From a virus: DNA of 64,000 nt. Numbering within the stretch: the first letter of the stretch is position 1; each line of letters starts with the position of its first letter. Location: positions 64,001-128,000 of the IMG/VR virus record IMGVR_UViG_3300022751_000016; one strand, 5' to 3'. Below the pieces are notes generated by a model. It had not been told where the DNA came from. It saw nothing but the letters and a program-made list of their open reading frames with translations, and did not search any database. This document shows positions 46,346 to 56,347 of the stretch, in pieces. Position numbers and translations under genes: made by a program.

Positions 46346-47831
46346 TGATTCTTTGTCTTATTAAACTGAGTGTTGTTTGATTGTAGTAGTTGCCGTCCTT
46401 AAATCTAACTTTTAGTTGGTTTTCTTCTGATGATAATTCTTCTAAACTCGCTTGGTCTTTCAAATAATACTCCCCATTTTCATCTTTAAACACTACTGTT
46501 AAACCTTTTGCTGATTTTTTAATTCCGTCGTCAGTTACGGGGTCTTTCATAATTTCAACTAATTCTCCATTTCTTTGTTGTGCAATACATTTCAAAGCCA
46601 TTCCCCAAGTATCTCTTGTTACCATTTGCATAGAGAAACTACCTTGACCGAAGAAGCAGTTACTTGCTGCAAAACTTTTAGCTTCTAGGCGCGAAAAGAT
46701 TTCTTTAATATTATTTTGGTTAATTGCCTCACCATAAATCATTCCTATGTGAGAATCTAAAACTTTAAAACCTTCTTCGTTAACTGTTCCGCCGAAAACG
46801 TCCCAAAGAAGTTCAATTACACCTTTGTTTTTTGGCGAAATGGTTACAGGTTGTGAATAAGCTTTATTTGTTTTATAATTAATAGGTTCTCCACAAATAA
46901 TATCTACAGGATTTCCTGAATCAGGTCGAATAACTAATTTACCATCACGAGCCATAATAATATCTTTCAATTTAGGCAAGTAATCTGTTAAAACTCTCCA
47001 CAAATCAAAACTGTCTGATACTAGTGACATGATTCCTGTTGGAAACTTAGTAAGCAGATTTTCATATATTTCAAATTCTCCTTCGATTCCACCCGCTGTC
47101 ATTTGGCTGTGCTCTGAAGCTCTCACACTAAATACAGGCGTAGATGTTTCATCATAATAATGCTGAGAAGCTTTTATTACTGGTAAACTGTCAGAACCCA
47201 TAGATACAGAAGCAAAAGCTAATCCTGAACCAATCGCCGCATCTAAGCCTGTTAAACCACGCATAGAGAAATCATGTAACATAAAATCAACAGCTCCAAC
47301 ATTATCTTTATCTGTTTTTAACACTGCCTCTTTAACTATTCTCTTCATTAAGAGTACATTAGTTGCTGTTGTTAATGGTTGCCACAGTAAATTACTTAGA
47401 ATAGTTTCAATGTAATTAGTAACCCAAGCAAATCTAATGTCAGTGTTGTATAAAAATAACACAGGAATTTTAATAGCAGATTCTGTCCCTTCATCTAAAG
47501 TTCTAATCTCTAAAGGTAAATATCCTAAATCATGCAGTTCTTCAATATGTTTTGTATCGTAATCTACGTCCAAATAAGCTGAAAAATTAGTTTTTACATC
47601 ATTAATAATATCTTCTTTTCGAATGTTAAAAAAGTTTTCATTAAAATGCTCCACTATAAAACGGATTGCATATTGGTGTCCAAAATTTAATACTTTACCA
47701 TTATTACCTTTTGGTGCGTATTTATTACTTCGCGGAGTAAAATTACTGTACACGATTTCTGTACCGTCTTGATACATTTCAAAGTGGGAAATTTTATATC
47801 CATCTACTAAAAACATACTATTCATTCTCAT
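46335..47831 (-). CDS. nadV: Nicotinamide phosphoribosyltransferase-like protein (probable NARP1 Namat)
   Basis: DGYK.SH, YSNFTPR, HDFSMRG, SEHS, VSDSFD, RPDSG, KDPVTD...KKSAKG. Confidence 0.93.
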   Translation of the reverse strand: MRMNSMFLVDGYKISHFEMYQDGTEIVYSNFTPRSNKYAPKGNNGKVLNFGHQYAIRFIVEHFNENFFNIRKEDIINDVKTNFSAYLDVDYDTKHIEELHDLGYLPLEIRTLDEGTESAIKIPVLFLYNTDIRFAWVTNYIETILSNLLWQPLTTATNVLLMKRIVKEAVLKTDKDNVGAVDFMLHDFSMRGLTGLDAAIGSGLAFASVSMGSDSLPVIKASQHYYDETSTPVFSVRASEHSQMTAGGIEGEFEIYENLLTKFPTGIMSLVSDSFDLWRVLTDYLPKLKDIIMARDGKLVIRPDSGNPVDIICGEPINYKTNKAYSQPVTISPKNKGVIELLWDVFGGTVNEEGFKVLDSHIGMIYGEAINQNNIKEIFSRLEAKSFAASNCFFGQGSFSMQMVTRDTWGMALKCIAQQRNGELVEIMKDPVTDDGIKKSAKGLTVVFKDENGEYYLKDQASLEELSSEENQLKVRFKDGNYYNQTTLSLIRQRINEI

Positions 47832-47858
47832 ATTTTATCTTTTTAAAGTTTTACATGG

Positions 47859-47889
47859 CAAATATAATACTTTTAATTGGTTCTGCAAA
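47859..47889 (-). promoter_or_regulatory. Promoter TTTG-N19-TATATTTG driving the NAD operon
   Basis: CAAATATA 47859-47866, CAAA 47886-47889. Confidence 0.8.
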
Positions 47890-47917
47890 AGAAAACAAGG
47901 AAATTCTTCCACAAAAT

Positions 47918-47939
47918 AAAAAACCCTCTTAATAGAGGG
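47918..47939 (-). terminator. Intrinsic terminator (minus strand)
   Basis: CCCTCT/AGAGGG hairpin followed on the minus strand by T6. Confidence 0.75.
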
Positions 47940-48116
47940 CTAGTTTGTTGGTTTTTTAAGTCTTTGTAATTCAATTCGAAGACGGTCTTCTTCTTTGACA
48001 CTGAGCTCATCGAACAAGTATTCTGCTAGGTCTAAAACATTTGCAAAGATGTCAATTGTCGATTGTTCTAAATTCACTCCTAATTTCTCTAACTGCCATA
48101 ATTGTTTTGCATCCAT
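47940..48116 (-). CDS. Small hypothetical protein (start corrected to ATG 48116, MDAKQLWQ)
   Basis: The longer TTG start overlaps a promoter. Confidence 0.65.
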   Translation of the reverse strand: MDAKQLWQLEKLGVNLEQSTIDIFANVLDLAEYLFDELSVKEEDRLRIELQRLKKPTN

Positions 48117-48133
48117 AATTATATAATTTATAA

Positions 48134-48165
48134 CAAATATAGTATAAAAAAGTAAATACGCCAAA
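48134..48165 (-). promoter_or_regulatory. Promoter TTTG-N20-TATATTTG (minus strand)
   Basis: CAAATATA 48134-48141, CAAA 48162-48165. Confidence 0.75.
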
Positions 48166-48179
48166 TAAATAACAAAAAT

Positions 48180-51100
48180 TTATTCTTTATCTCTAGCTAT
48201 GTACATTAAAGGGCTAAGTTTAAATACGTCGTTTCTCACTTCTGTTTGATATCTCAGATTTTCAAATTGTTGTGCTGGGTCTCTCAATTTAATGAAACTA
48301 TTTAAGATTGGTGTATTTTTTCTCAAAGTTTCTACTCCTTTACTTTCATCAAACATATTGGACATCTGAACCATTGTATCATAAGCTAAGACAGGTGATT
48401 CCATTATTTGTTGGTAATTTGAATAAATACCTAAATTCGACTGATAAACCTCACTATTTAATCTAGCTAAGATTAGATTTGTAAATTGTAAGCTATAAAC
48501 ATCTTTTTTGTCAGGGTCATCTGCAATTCCGCGAACTAAGAGTGATAAAAGCATTAGAGTATTGGCAATTACTACATCCTTCATTACTCTTTTTAAATTA
48601 GCTTGTCTTAAATCAACTTCTTCCCAATTTTCAGCATCTTTATTTGTGCCGTTATACTCATCTTTAAATGCTTTCAAAATATTACCGCCATTCTGTTTCC
48701 ACTCATTTATTACACCACCTAAAAACTTATAAGTAGAGTTATAACTTCCTTCTTCTAAAGACCTTGTTAATGAGTTAAACTGTTGTGTTTTAAATCTAGA
48801 TTCTGTTAGTGGGATAATGAAAGATTTGTGTGTAAGTAATAAATTCCACAAGAAATGTCTTTGTATCCCTACTTTTTCTTCCTGTGGGAGTTGCATATCA
48901 ATCTTTACATTTAAATTCTTTGTTTGTGCGCGAATATCATTACTGATACTTAGTATTTCTTCATCTAATCGAGTTCCTTCTAGATTTATAGCTTGTCCTA
49001 GCTGTTCTCTATTAAAACTCACTTCTCCATCTTTAGTTTCTATATAGTTGTAAATAGGATTGTTATCATATTCTTTCCACATTTCTTCCACTTGCTTCAG
49101 AGATTTTCCCTGTCTTCTATGCACTTGTCTGAAAGACTGGAAATTATGTATTCTTCCATCTGCAATTCTGTAGTCGTGCAAAGTAGTTAACAAGTTCTTA
49201 GCAAATATAGGATAAGCCACTGCTTGATAAAGTCCCATTGCTGTTCTTGGAGCAGCTCTGGCTAACCACCCATATTGTGAATTTCTAAGACCTACTTCTA
49301 AATCAAAGGCTTGAAAAAATTGACCCAAGACATTTAATTTAGCTTCGGTGTTTACTTGTCCAAATTCTAATAACGAATCTTTAACCAGCTTGTCAAATTC
49401 CTTAGAGCCTTTTTTATAAGTGTTGTTTTGCATATATTGTCCTGCCCATCTTTCTTGAAGTTGTGCCACTTTCATAGTGCCATACCCCGTCAAAGAGATA
49501 ATAGGAGAGAATCCTAAGTTTTTTAAACTAATGAATTTCATTCCACTTTTAACAATTTTAGCTCCTGACAATGTTCCAAATGCTGTTTCAAAGGGTAATG
49601 TTACTTCCTCTTTAATTCCATAGTATTGATAGTCAATAACAGCTTTAACTTGTTTGTAAGCATTTGTTGATTCAACAGCTTTTCCATTATATTGTCTTAA
49701 ATTAATAGAATCTGAAATACTATTAATATCTCCATAAGCATTAACTTTAGCTTTTCTTAGGAATCCTTCTTTTCCGCGCATAAATAAAGTGTAGAATAAG
49801 TCTTCTGTTGCTAAATCTTTACTGTCTCTTAATTTCTGTACATACGGCTGTGGAATTACATTTATACCATTATATCTTTCTCCTTCTACTTGTTCTTCCT
49901 GAGTGTATGCAAAGGTGTCCTTCAAAGCAGCTACAACTGTGGAAATAGATGGGTTTGCAACTAAACTTTTAGTTCTTTCTAATCCGTTTTTTCTCACTTG
50001 CGGCATTGTAAAATAATTATATCCTGTATCAGCCATACCTTCTGCATCTAAACTAGCTTCGTTATAATCTAAAACGGCATTATATACTTTAGCTAATTTT
50101 TGATTTGAAGAGGAATCAACTATAATTCTATCATTCTCCACTTTTACATTTTGTCCGAATTTATCATAGAATGCTTTATTTTTAAACTTTGCTACATTTG
50201 GTTGTAAATACCCTACTCTTGAAGTTCTATCATAATTAGGGTTTATACTTCCATCTTCCTGTGCATCATAGAATGAGTAGTTAGGATTTATATTTATGAA
50301 ATTAGTGGGGTCATTTACAGTGTCTTGCAATAACTCAGTTAAATTTTCCGTTGTTTGTAATTCTTGTCTAAACTGTGAATAGCTCGCTGGAGCGAATCTT
50401 TTATAGTATGGTAGTAATTTAGTCTTACCATATTCTTGCATGAAATAAATATACTCCTCCGTATTATTTAAATCTAATTCTCTTTCATTAGCCAGTCTCT
50501 CTATACTTAGAGGTAATGTAGCTCTTTTACCTAGTCTAAATTGCTCAATTTGATATTTATCATTTAAAAGCTTATTTTTATTTCTTGTTGTTGAATTTTG
50601 CCCAATAAAATCTATCAGTTTATCTAATTGTTTCAATTGCTCTTCTTCTGAGGTAGATGGGTCTATATTCAGTCCTAAATCTGCCACTTCTTTATTGAAA
50701 GATTCATTTGACTCACTAATTCCTATTGAAACCTCTCTTTCTTCAAATGTAGATTTAATGTATTTTGAAGCTTTCTCATAATTAGCTTCCAAACGTTCTT
50801 GTACATTTCTAATACTATCTTTTGAAGTTTGAGATATGTCTTCACTTATTTCAGAAGGACTCCCTTTTTTTGCCCAAGTTTTTAAAATACCACGAACTCT
50901 TATTCTATCTTCTTCGATGCTTTGAATAAGTTCTTGTACTTCTGGATTAGCTTGTTTAACTGTTTCTAATTTATCTAAAATATCTTGACTTTCGGCATCA
51001 CCCATACTAGACCAGAAAGCTTCACTAAATCCTATGAAGGAATTTAAGTTTATAGCTTTAATAGCCGCTTCTCTTCCTTTTGTATTGTCTATATTTGTAA

Positions 51101-54100
51101 TTAAATCTAGATATGTTTGAGGTAAGGTTTCTATAGTGAATAAGTCTTCTCTTTGCTCTTCCGTTAAAGCTAATTTATTATCTTTTCTGTTTTGAATTAT
51201 CGTTTTATCCGCCGTTTGTGTATCTCCTGTAATTTGTCTGTACTTTTCTATAAACTTTACATCAGAACTAAAAACATTCAAACTGTCCAATTTATTCAAA
51301 TCTAAGGCTATTCTAGCATCTACAGAAATTTCATTTGAAGAAGCTTTAATAATCACTTTACCTGTTTCGTCTCTAACAAGTCTTCCATTAGAATCTCTTT
51401 CGTATTCCAATCCCTTTTTTAGCTCACCACTTTCTGTATAATAGTTTTTAGCCGTTAATCTCCCTCTTTCAAGTATTTCCAAAGCATCTAAATCTGGCAA
51501 TCTTAAACTAGACCTATCTAAAATACCCTCAGCAGTTCTTGCATGCTTCATTATTTGCCCTACACTAGATAAGTATGCGCTGTTCCAAAAAATAGTGTCT
51601 TCTGAAATACCTGCTTCCTGATATTTCTTATTTTGAGCATCATAATACTCCTTAGTTCTTGGTTTTTCATCCAAATCTTGTTCGATACTTAAATCTCTTT
51701 CTATTCTTAGAATATTGTCATTATCAACAGGATTTAAATTCAAAGAATTCTCATCTCTTTGCTGAATAATTTCCTCATCTGTTAGAGTGGAATCTGTAAT
51801 CACTTGTTTGAAAGCTGTTATAAAGTTTTTATTGTGTGCCTCTGTATTAGCTTTAAAATCAAATCTACTTAAAATAAATCCATCTTTTGAACCAAATTCA
51901 GATATTACTTTCTCTGTATAACCCTCATCCTTAATAGCTTTCTGTAATCTCTTTACATTATTTTGATTTTCTTGATGTCCAACATTGTGCATATTAGTTA
52001 TTAAAACTGATAATAGCCCTAAAGTTGGGTCTTTTGAATTAATTAAAGTACCTACATTTGCAGCCAAAGCACTAACATCTTGGTCATTTCTATTCATGTA
52101 GTTTTCAAAATATTGTCGCATAGATTCAGGATAGCCTCCTCTTCTTAATACTTCGTCAATTAGTCTTCTCAGTGTTTGGTCAGTTACTAGACTCTTTGTT
52201 GCAATAACTCTTAAAACTGTATCTTGCGTTTCTTTAATTCTAGATTTTAAAATATCCCAATCATCACCTTTATTGTCTTTGATTAATTCTCCCAATTCTC
52301 CAATAGAAGGTAAGGCTTGTTTAGAAACAAACTCAAATAGTACCACTTCTTCTTGCGATAAAGCATAGTTTTTATTGTTTATAGAGGAATCTTCTAAAGC
52401 TTTTTCTAAATACTTAGAGATGTTGTTAGTTATACCCACTAAAGTAGCAATAGCCTCTACTTCCGCTGTATCTTGTACTTGCAAGTCTAAATTTTTAAGT
52501 TTTAATAAGTCTACACTGCTTATAGGACTTACACCTCTTGTTTTTCTTAAAGACTTTGCCGCACTTTCTAATTGACTTGCTGTTTTTCTTGCTGCTACGA
52601 TTAACTTATTTTCAGGAGTTCCTGCTTCTAGAGAATAAAATCTGAAAGGATTGTCACTTAAATCTCTATTTGCAAAAAATACACTGTCTTTCAGTAATAA
52701 GCTATTAACATCTTCTAAGTATTTACTTAGTTCTTGCGCGTATTCAGGCTTGAAATAATTTGCTATTCTATCCACAAATGTTTGTATAAATTCCAGAGCT
52801 TTTGAAATGAAGTTATTAGATGGAGCAATATTTCTATTCAAAACAGCTTTTCCAACTATTTTACCTAATATCTCTTTTCTTACAGCCGTTTCTAATAATT
52901 CTGGCGTATATTCCTCCGCATACTTTTTTTTATAAATGTCAGCAAACTGCAACCATTCCTCCGACCTATCAATGTTTCTAAGAATGTCTGCTGTATCTGC
53001 ATCAGGCATAAATTCTACAATGAAATGTCCTAATTCCTCTGCTAACTCATCCTCGCTAATATCTACGCCATCTTTTAGAGCAATTGTTCTCATAGCTATG
53101 TCAGCTAAAGCTCTTGCACTAGGGTCTACACCGTTTCTATTTCTATAGTCTGATACATAATTAGATAGAGAAGTTATTTTAACTCCCATTTTATTCAATA
53201 GATTTAAAATACCTAATTGCGCTTCTTTTTCTGTTTTTAATATAGTTGGTTGTATTATTTGTGTATCTCTTTGAGCTGGGCGATTTTGTGTATAGTATTT
53301 TCCTGCTATAAGTTGGTCTGCATTTTCACTGTACTTTGCTTGTATTTGTTGGTCAGATAATGCGTCAAATTCTTGTTCTGTAATATATGTATCCTCACTT
53401 ACCAAGATTTTATCTTTAACCTTCACTATGTCAAAAACATTTTCATCTCTAATAACTCCACCAAATCCTACATAATTAACAGCATCTTCAGATAAAAGTT
53501 CTGCATTTACATTCTTTTTAAGTTCAGTTTCTCCTTCTGTTATGAATTTATAATCATCGCCAATTCTTATCTTTTCTCCTGATAACAGTCCTTGTTCTAT
53601 TGCTGAATTTATATACCCTACTTCAGAATCTCTATTTACAGACTTAGTTGTTGAAAGTAGTTTTGTAAACTCTCCATTCTGTAAAAATCCTGCTTTTATT
53701 TCATCACTGTTTTTTAAAGCTTCTTTGTAAGAGTTTGTGTAACTTCCATCTGCTGTTTGATAAACAAAGCTTACATTATCTTTTTTTGATATGCTTTGCT
53801 TAAATAACTTTCCTTTTTCGGTTTGAATATCTGAATCTTTAACAGGGATATTATTATTTGCTAAAAATTCATATAAAGAAGTTGCGATTCCTTTTCTTTG
53901 TTGATTTTCATTTACTTTTATGATGTTTGCAAAAAACTGACCATCAGAATCTTTTTTAAGTCCCATAGTGGCTACTTTTTCACCATTACTATTAATAACA
54001 CTTAATCCTATTTTTTCAGTTTCTTTCCTATTTTCTAACGAAGATATTTTACCGTTTATGCCATCATAAATCTCAATGTAAAATTTTTCTCCGTCTTTTG

Positions 54101-54308
54101 AAGTGTAAATATTATCTTCTAATTTGGATGAACTCCTATCCCCATTAAAGTTCTCGCTGTAAACGTTTTTATAAATATTTAAAGCTTCTTCTGTATCTTT
54201 TACTAAGGGAGATTTAGCTATATTAATAAAAAGTTGACTTTCTTCACCAACTTCGTTTAAAACTTTTGTTATTTTGTTTTCTTCGTTTCTAATTATAGAA
54301 CAATCCAT
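48180..54308 (-). CDS. Giant putative virion ejection/polyvalent protein with GNAT-like and degenerate zincin-like segments
   Basis: 2042 aa; VNENQQRKGIATSLY; ELAEELGHF; hydrophobic C-terminal helices. Confidence 0.7.
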   Translation of the reverse strand: MDCSIIRNEENKITKVLNEVGEESQLFINIAKSPLVKDTEEALNIYKNVYSENFNGDRSSSKLEDNIYTSKDGEKFYIEIYDGINGKISSLENRKETEKIGLSVINSNGEKVATMGLKKDSDGQFFANIIKVNENQQRKGIATSLYEFLANNNIPVKDSDIQTEKGKLFKQSISKKDNVSFVYQTADGSYTNSYKEALKNSDEIKAGFLQNGEFTKLLSTTKSVNRDSEVGYINSAIEQGLLSGEKIRIGDDYKFITEGETELKKNVNAELLSEDAVNYVGFGGVIRDENVFDIVKVKDKILVSEDTYITEQEFDALSDQQIQAKYSENADQLIAGKYYTQNRPAQRDTQIIQPTILKTEKEAQLGILNLLNKMGVKITSLSNYVSDYRNRNGVDPSARALADIAMRTIALKDGVDISEDELAEELGHFIVEFMPDADTADILRNIDRSEEWLQFADIYKKKYAEEYTPELLETAVRKEILGKIVGKAVLNRNIAPSNNFISKALEFIQTFVDRIANYFKPEYAQELSKYLEDVNSLLLKDSVFFANRDLSDNPFRFYSLEAGTPENKLIVAARKTASQLESAAKSLRKTRGVSPISSVDLLKLKNLDLQVQDTAEVEAIATLVGITNNISKYLEKALEDSSINNKNYALSQEEVVLFEFVSKQALPSIGELGELIKDNKGDDWDILKSRIKETQDTVLRVIATKSLVTDQTLRRLIDEVLRRGGYPESMRQYFENYMNRNDQDVSALAANVGTLINSKDPTLGLLSVLITNMHNVGHQENQNNVKRLQKAIKDEGYTEKVISEFGSKDGFILSRFDFKANTEAHNKNFITAFKQVITDSTLTDEEIIQQRDENSLNLNPVDNDNILRIERDLSIEQDLDEKPRTKEYYDAQNKKYQEAGISEDTIFWNSAYLSSVGQIMKHARTAEGILDRSSLRLPDLDALEILERGRLTAKNYYTESGELKKGLEYERDSNGRLVRDETGKVIIKASSNEISVDARIALDLNKLDSLNVFSSDVKFIEKYRQITGDTQTADKTIIQNRKDNKLALTEEQREDLFTIETLPQTYLDLITNIDNTKGREAAIKAINLNSFIGFSEAFWSSMGDAESQDILDKLETVKQANPEVQELIQSIEEDRIRVRGILKTWAKKGSPSEISEDISQTSKDSIRNVQERLEANYEKASKYIKSTFEEREVSIGISESNESFNKEVADLGLNIDPSTSEEEQLKQLDKLIDFIGQNSTTRNKNKLLNDKYQIEQFRLGKRATLPLSIERLANERELDLNNTEEYIYFMQEYGKTKLLPYYKRFAPASYSQFRQELQTTENLTELLQDTVNDPTNFININPNYSFYDAQEDGSINPNYDRTSRVGYLQPNVAKFKNKAFYDKFGQNVKVENDRIIVDSSSNQKLAKVYNAVLDYNEASLDAEGMADTGYNYFTMPQVRKNGLERTKSLVANPSISTVVAALKDTFAYTQEEQVEGERYNGINVIPQPYVQKLRDSKDLATEDLFYTLFMRGKEGFLRKAKVNAYGDINSISDSINLRQYNGKAVESTNAYKQVKAVIDYQYYGIKEEVTLPFETAFGTLSGAKIVKSGMKFISLKNLGFSPIISLTGYGTMKVAQLQERWAGQYMQNNTYKKGSKEFDKLVKDSLLEFGQVNTEAKLNVLGQFFQAFDLEVGLRNSQYGWLARAAPRTAMGLYQAVAYPIFAKNLLTTLHDYRIADGRIHNFQSFRQVHRRQGKSLKQVEEMWKEYDNNPIYNYIETKDGEVSFNREQLGQAINLEGTRLDEEILSISNDIRAQTKNLNVKIDMQLPQEEKVGIQRHFLWNLLLTHKSFIIPLTESRFKTQQFNSLTRSLEEGSYNSTYKFLGGVINEWKQNGGNILKAFKDEYNGTNKDAENWEEVDLRQANLKRVMKDVVIANTLMLLSLLVRGIADDPDKKDVYSLQFTNLILARLNSEVYQSNLGIYSNYQQIMESPVLAYDTMVQMSNMFDESKGVETLRKNTPILNSFIKLRDPAQQFENLRYQTEVRNDVFKLSPLMYIARDKE

Positions 54309-54327
54309 TTATTTATGTTTTTATTTG

Positions 54328-54359
54328 CAAATATAAGTGTAAAATTATTTATTTACAAG
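54328..54359 (-). promoter_or_regulatory. Internal promoter CTTG-N20-TATATTTG
   Basis: CAAATATA 54328-54335, CAAG 54356-54359. Confidence 0.65.
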
Positions 54360-56346
54360 CTAATTCTTCATTTATTTTTTCTTCCTGTGCCTTATTGTAA
54401 GTGTTTGTTACATTTAATTCAGGATTAGTTTGTGGTATAGCTGTGTATGAGGGCAGTATATCAGGAGCAATATTCAACCCGTAAACCTTGTATTCCCCTG
54501 TATTTGGAATCATTTTTTCATATATGTTAACATCAGACCTTTGATAAATACCATCACTAATTCTTAAAAACGGCTCTTGCGATTGAGCTCCTATTTTACC
54601 GTCTTCCATTCTCTGATAATCTTCTTGAAAAATAGGTAATGCTTGCGGATAATTTGTATAATAGTCTCTAATGTTTTGTTCATCTGAATCTACGTATTCT
54701 CCCTCATTAGGAAAAGTTATCTCAGAATTTATTTTGGCATTGAAGTAATTTTTAAGCTTAGAATTGTTCTCTATCTCTACCCTAATTGCCTGTAAAGTAA
54801 TTGGGTCTAAACTTATTGGTTCTATTCCATTCTCTGTTATTTTAAATAACTCACTATTCATATTTGCAATGTAGAATTCAGAAACATATTCGTCCGACAC
54901 TTCTTTCACATCAATGACAAGGTTTTCTTCATAGGTTGATAACTCTATTTCATTATCTAGCTTTCCGCTCAATAATTCTTTGTAAATTACCATTTTTTGC
55001 AGAACTTCTGAATCTATGCTTTCTTGCTCAACTTTTGATAAATCAATTAACTTCACTTCACTCTGAATACGTCTTTTTAGCTCTTCTAAGGGTGTGTTTA
55101 ATCTTTGTGATGCAATATCATATAAACTATCTAAATCTTGTCTTAGAGCGTCTGTTCTTTGATATAAATTATTTCCTAAAGGTAAAAGTCCTTCATTTTG
55201 GAATAGAGTATATGCACTGTCTTTAGTAATTACATTGTACATACTTTTATTTCCTTGGATATTTTGAACAATCACTTTAGGAGAAATGTCTACACCAAAG
55301 AAATCATCATAAACACTTGCGAATTCATCTATGTTTCCTAAATTAAATAAGTTGTTAACACTAACTAGAAAATCTTTCATTTCTTCCTGACTTTTGTTGT
55401 CATAGAAAGTACCTAAGTTTTTCAAGTCCAATCCTAATTTAGCAGCTTTTTTATTTATTGTAGACAACATTGTTTGCACTTCCTGTGGAGAATTGTCATA
55501 AACGAATGGGTGTACGACTAATAGTTTACTAACTGTATCTCTTAAACTTCCATTTACATCTTCTTGCAACACCTTGTCTAGCAGATTTTTTGTATCCGTT
55601 TGTGGCTTGTCTCTTAATATTCCATTCTCATAAACCTTCTGTCTTATTCTTTTAAACTTGCTGAAAAAATCATACTTCCCTTTTAGAAATTCTAATTCGG
55701 GGTCTTGTATAGCTACGTTGAATTCTTCTTCTTTTAACCCGCCTAATTTTTGAATAGCATCCTGTTCTACAATGTAGGGATTTTTTATTTGTGTTTTACC
55801 AAACTGATTAGGAGTTAAACCATCAGAAACTATGAAATCTTTATTTAAAAAAGCGTCATTTACAACTGTCTCTTCTGTGTTTGAAAGTTTTATTATAAAC
55901 TCTTGAATACTGTTTTGCAACTCTAAGTCTCTCAGAATATTTTCTCTTTCGTAGGAAGTATAGATGTCTAAATTATTTAAACTGTTTCTTGTAGGTTCAG
56001 GAAAAAATGCATCTCTCAATTCTTCTTTTAATTGGTCAGAGTTTTCAAATCTAGTGTCAGCTAAATTTACTTTCAATTGAGTTAATTCCTGCTCAGACAG
56101 AGGCTCTTTAATATTTTCTCTTTCTATGAAATAGACAACATCTTTTAAAATAGGTTCTCCATTTTTATCTGTTTCTGTGATTAGAGCGTTGTCTAAAAAA
56201 CTTTCTGTTTGTGAAACTGCCCAAATATCTGAGGCTTGCTCTTGATTCCCTGTGAATGTTTTAGCGTTAGCAAATAATATACTAGGTTTTCCATTGTTGG
56301 CTTCTATTTTTATAGTGCCATTATCTATAGTTATGTTACAACTCAT
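54349..56346 (-). CDS. Putative virion internal protein
   Basis: 665 aa; N-terminal C.I...A.NG..S.LF and DKNGEP motifs like crAss-type large proteins. Confidence 0.65.
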   Translation of the reverse strand: MSCNITIDNGTIKIEANNGKPSILFANAKTFTGNQEQASDIWAVSQTESFLDNALITETDKNGEPILKDVVYFIERENIKEPLSEQELTQLKVNLADTRFENSDQLKEELRDAFFPEPTRNSLNNLDIYTSYERENILRDLELQNSIQEFIIKLSNTEETVVNDAFLNKDFIVSDGLTPNQFGKTQIKNPYIVEQDAIQKLGGLKEEEFNVAIQDPELEFLKGKYDFFSKFKRIRQKVYENGILRDKPQTDTKNLLDKVLQEDVNGSLRDTVSKLLVVHPFVYDNSPQEVQTMLSTINKKAAKLGLDLKNLGTFYDNKSQEEMKDFLVSVNNLFNLGNIDEFASVYDDFFGVDISPKVIVQNIQGNKSMYNVITKDSAYTLFQNEGLLPLGNNLYQRTDALRQDLDSLYDIASQRLNTPLEELKRRIQSEVKLIDLSKVEQESIDSEVLQKMVIYKELLSGKLDNEIELSTYEENLVIDVKEVSDEYVSEFYIANMNSELFKITENGIEPISLDPITLQAIRVEIENNSKLKNYFNAKINSEITFPNEGEYVDSDEQNIRDYYTNYPQALPIFQEDYQRMEDGKIGAQSQEPFLRISDGIYQRSDVNIYEKMIPNTGEYKVYGLNIAPDILPSYTAIPQTNPELNVTNTYNKAQEEKINEELACK

Positions 56347-56347
56347 T

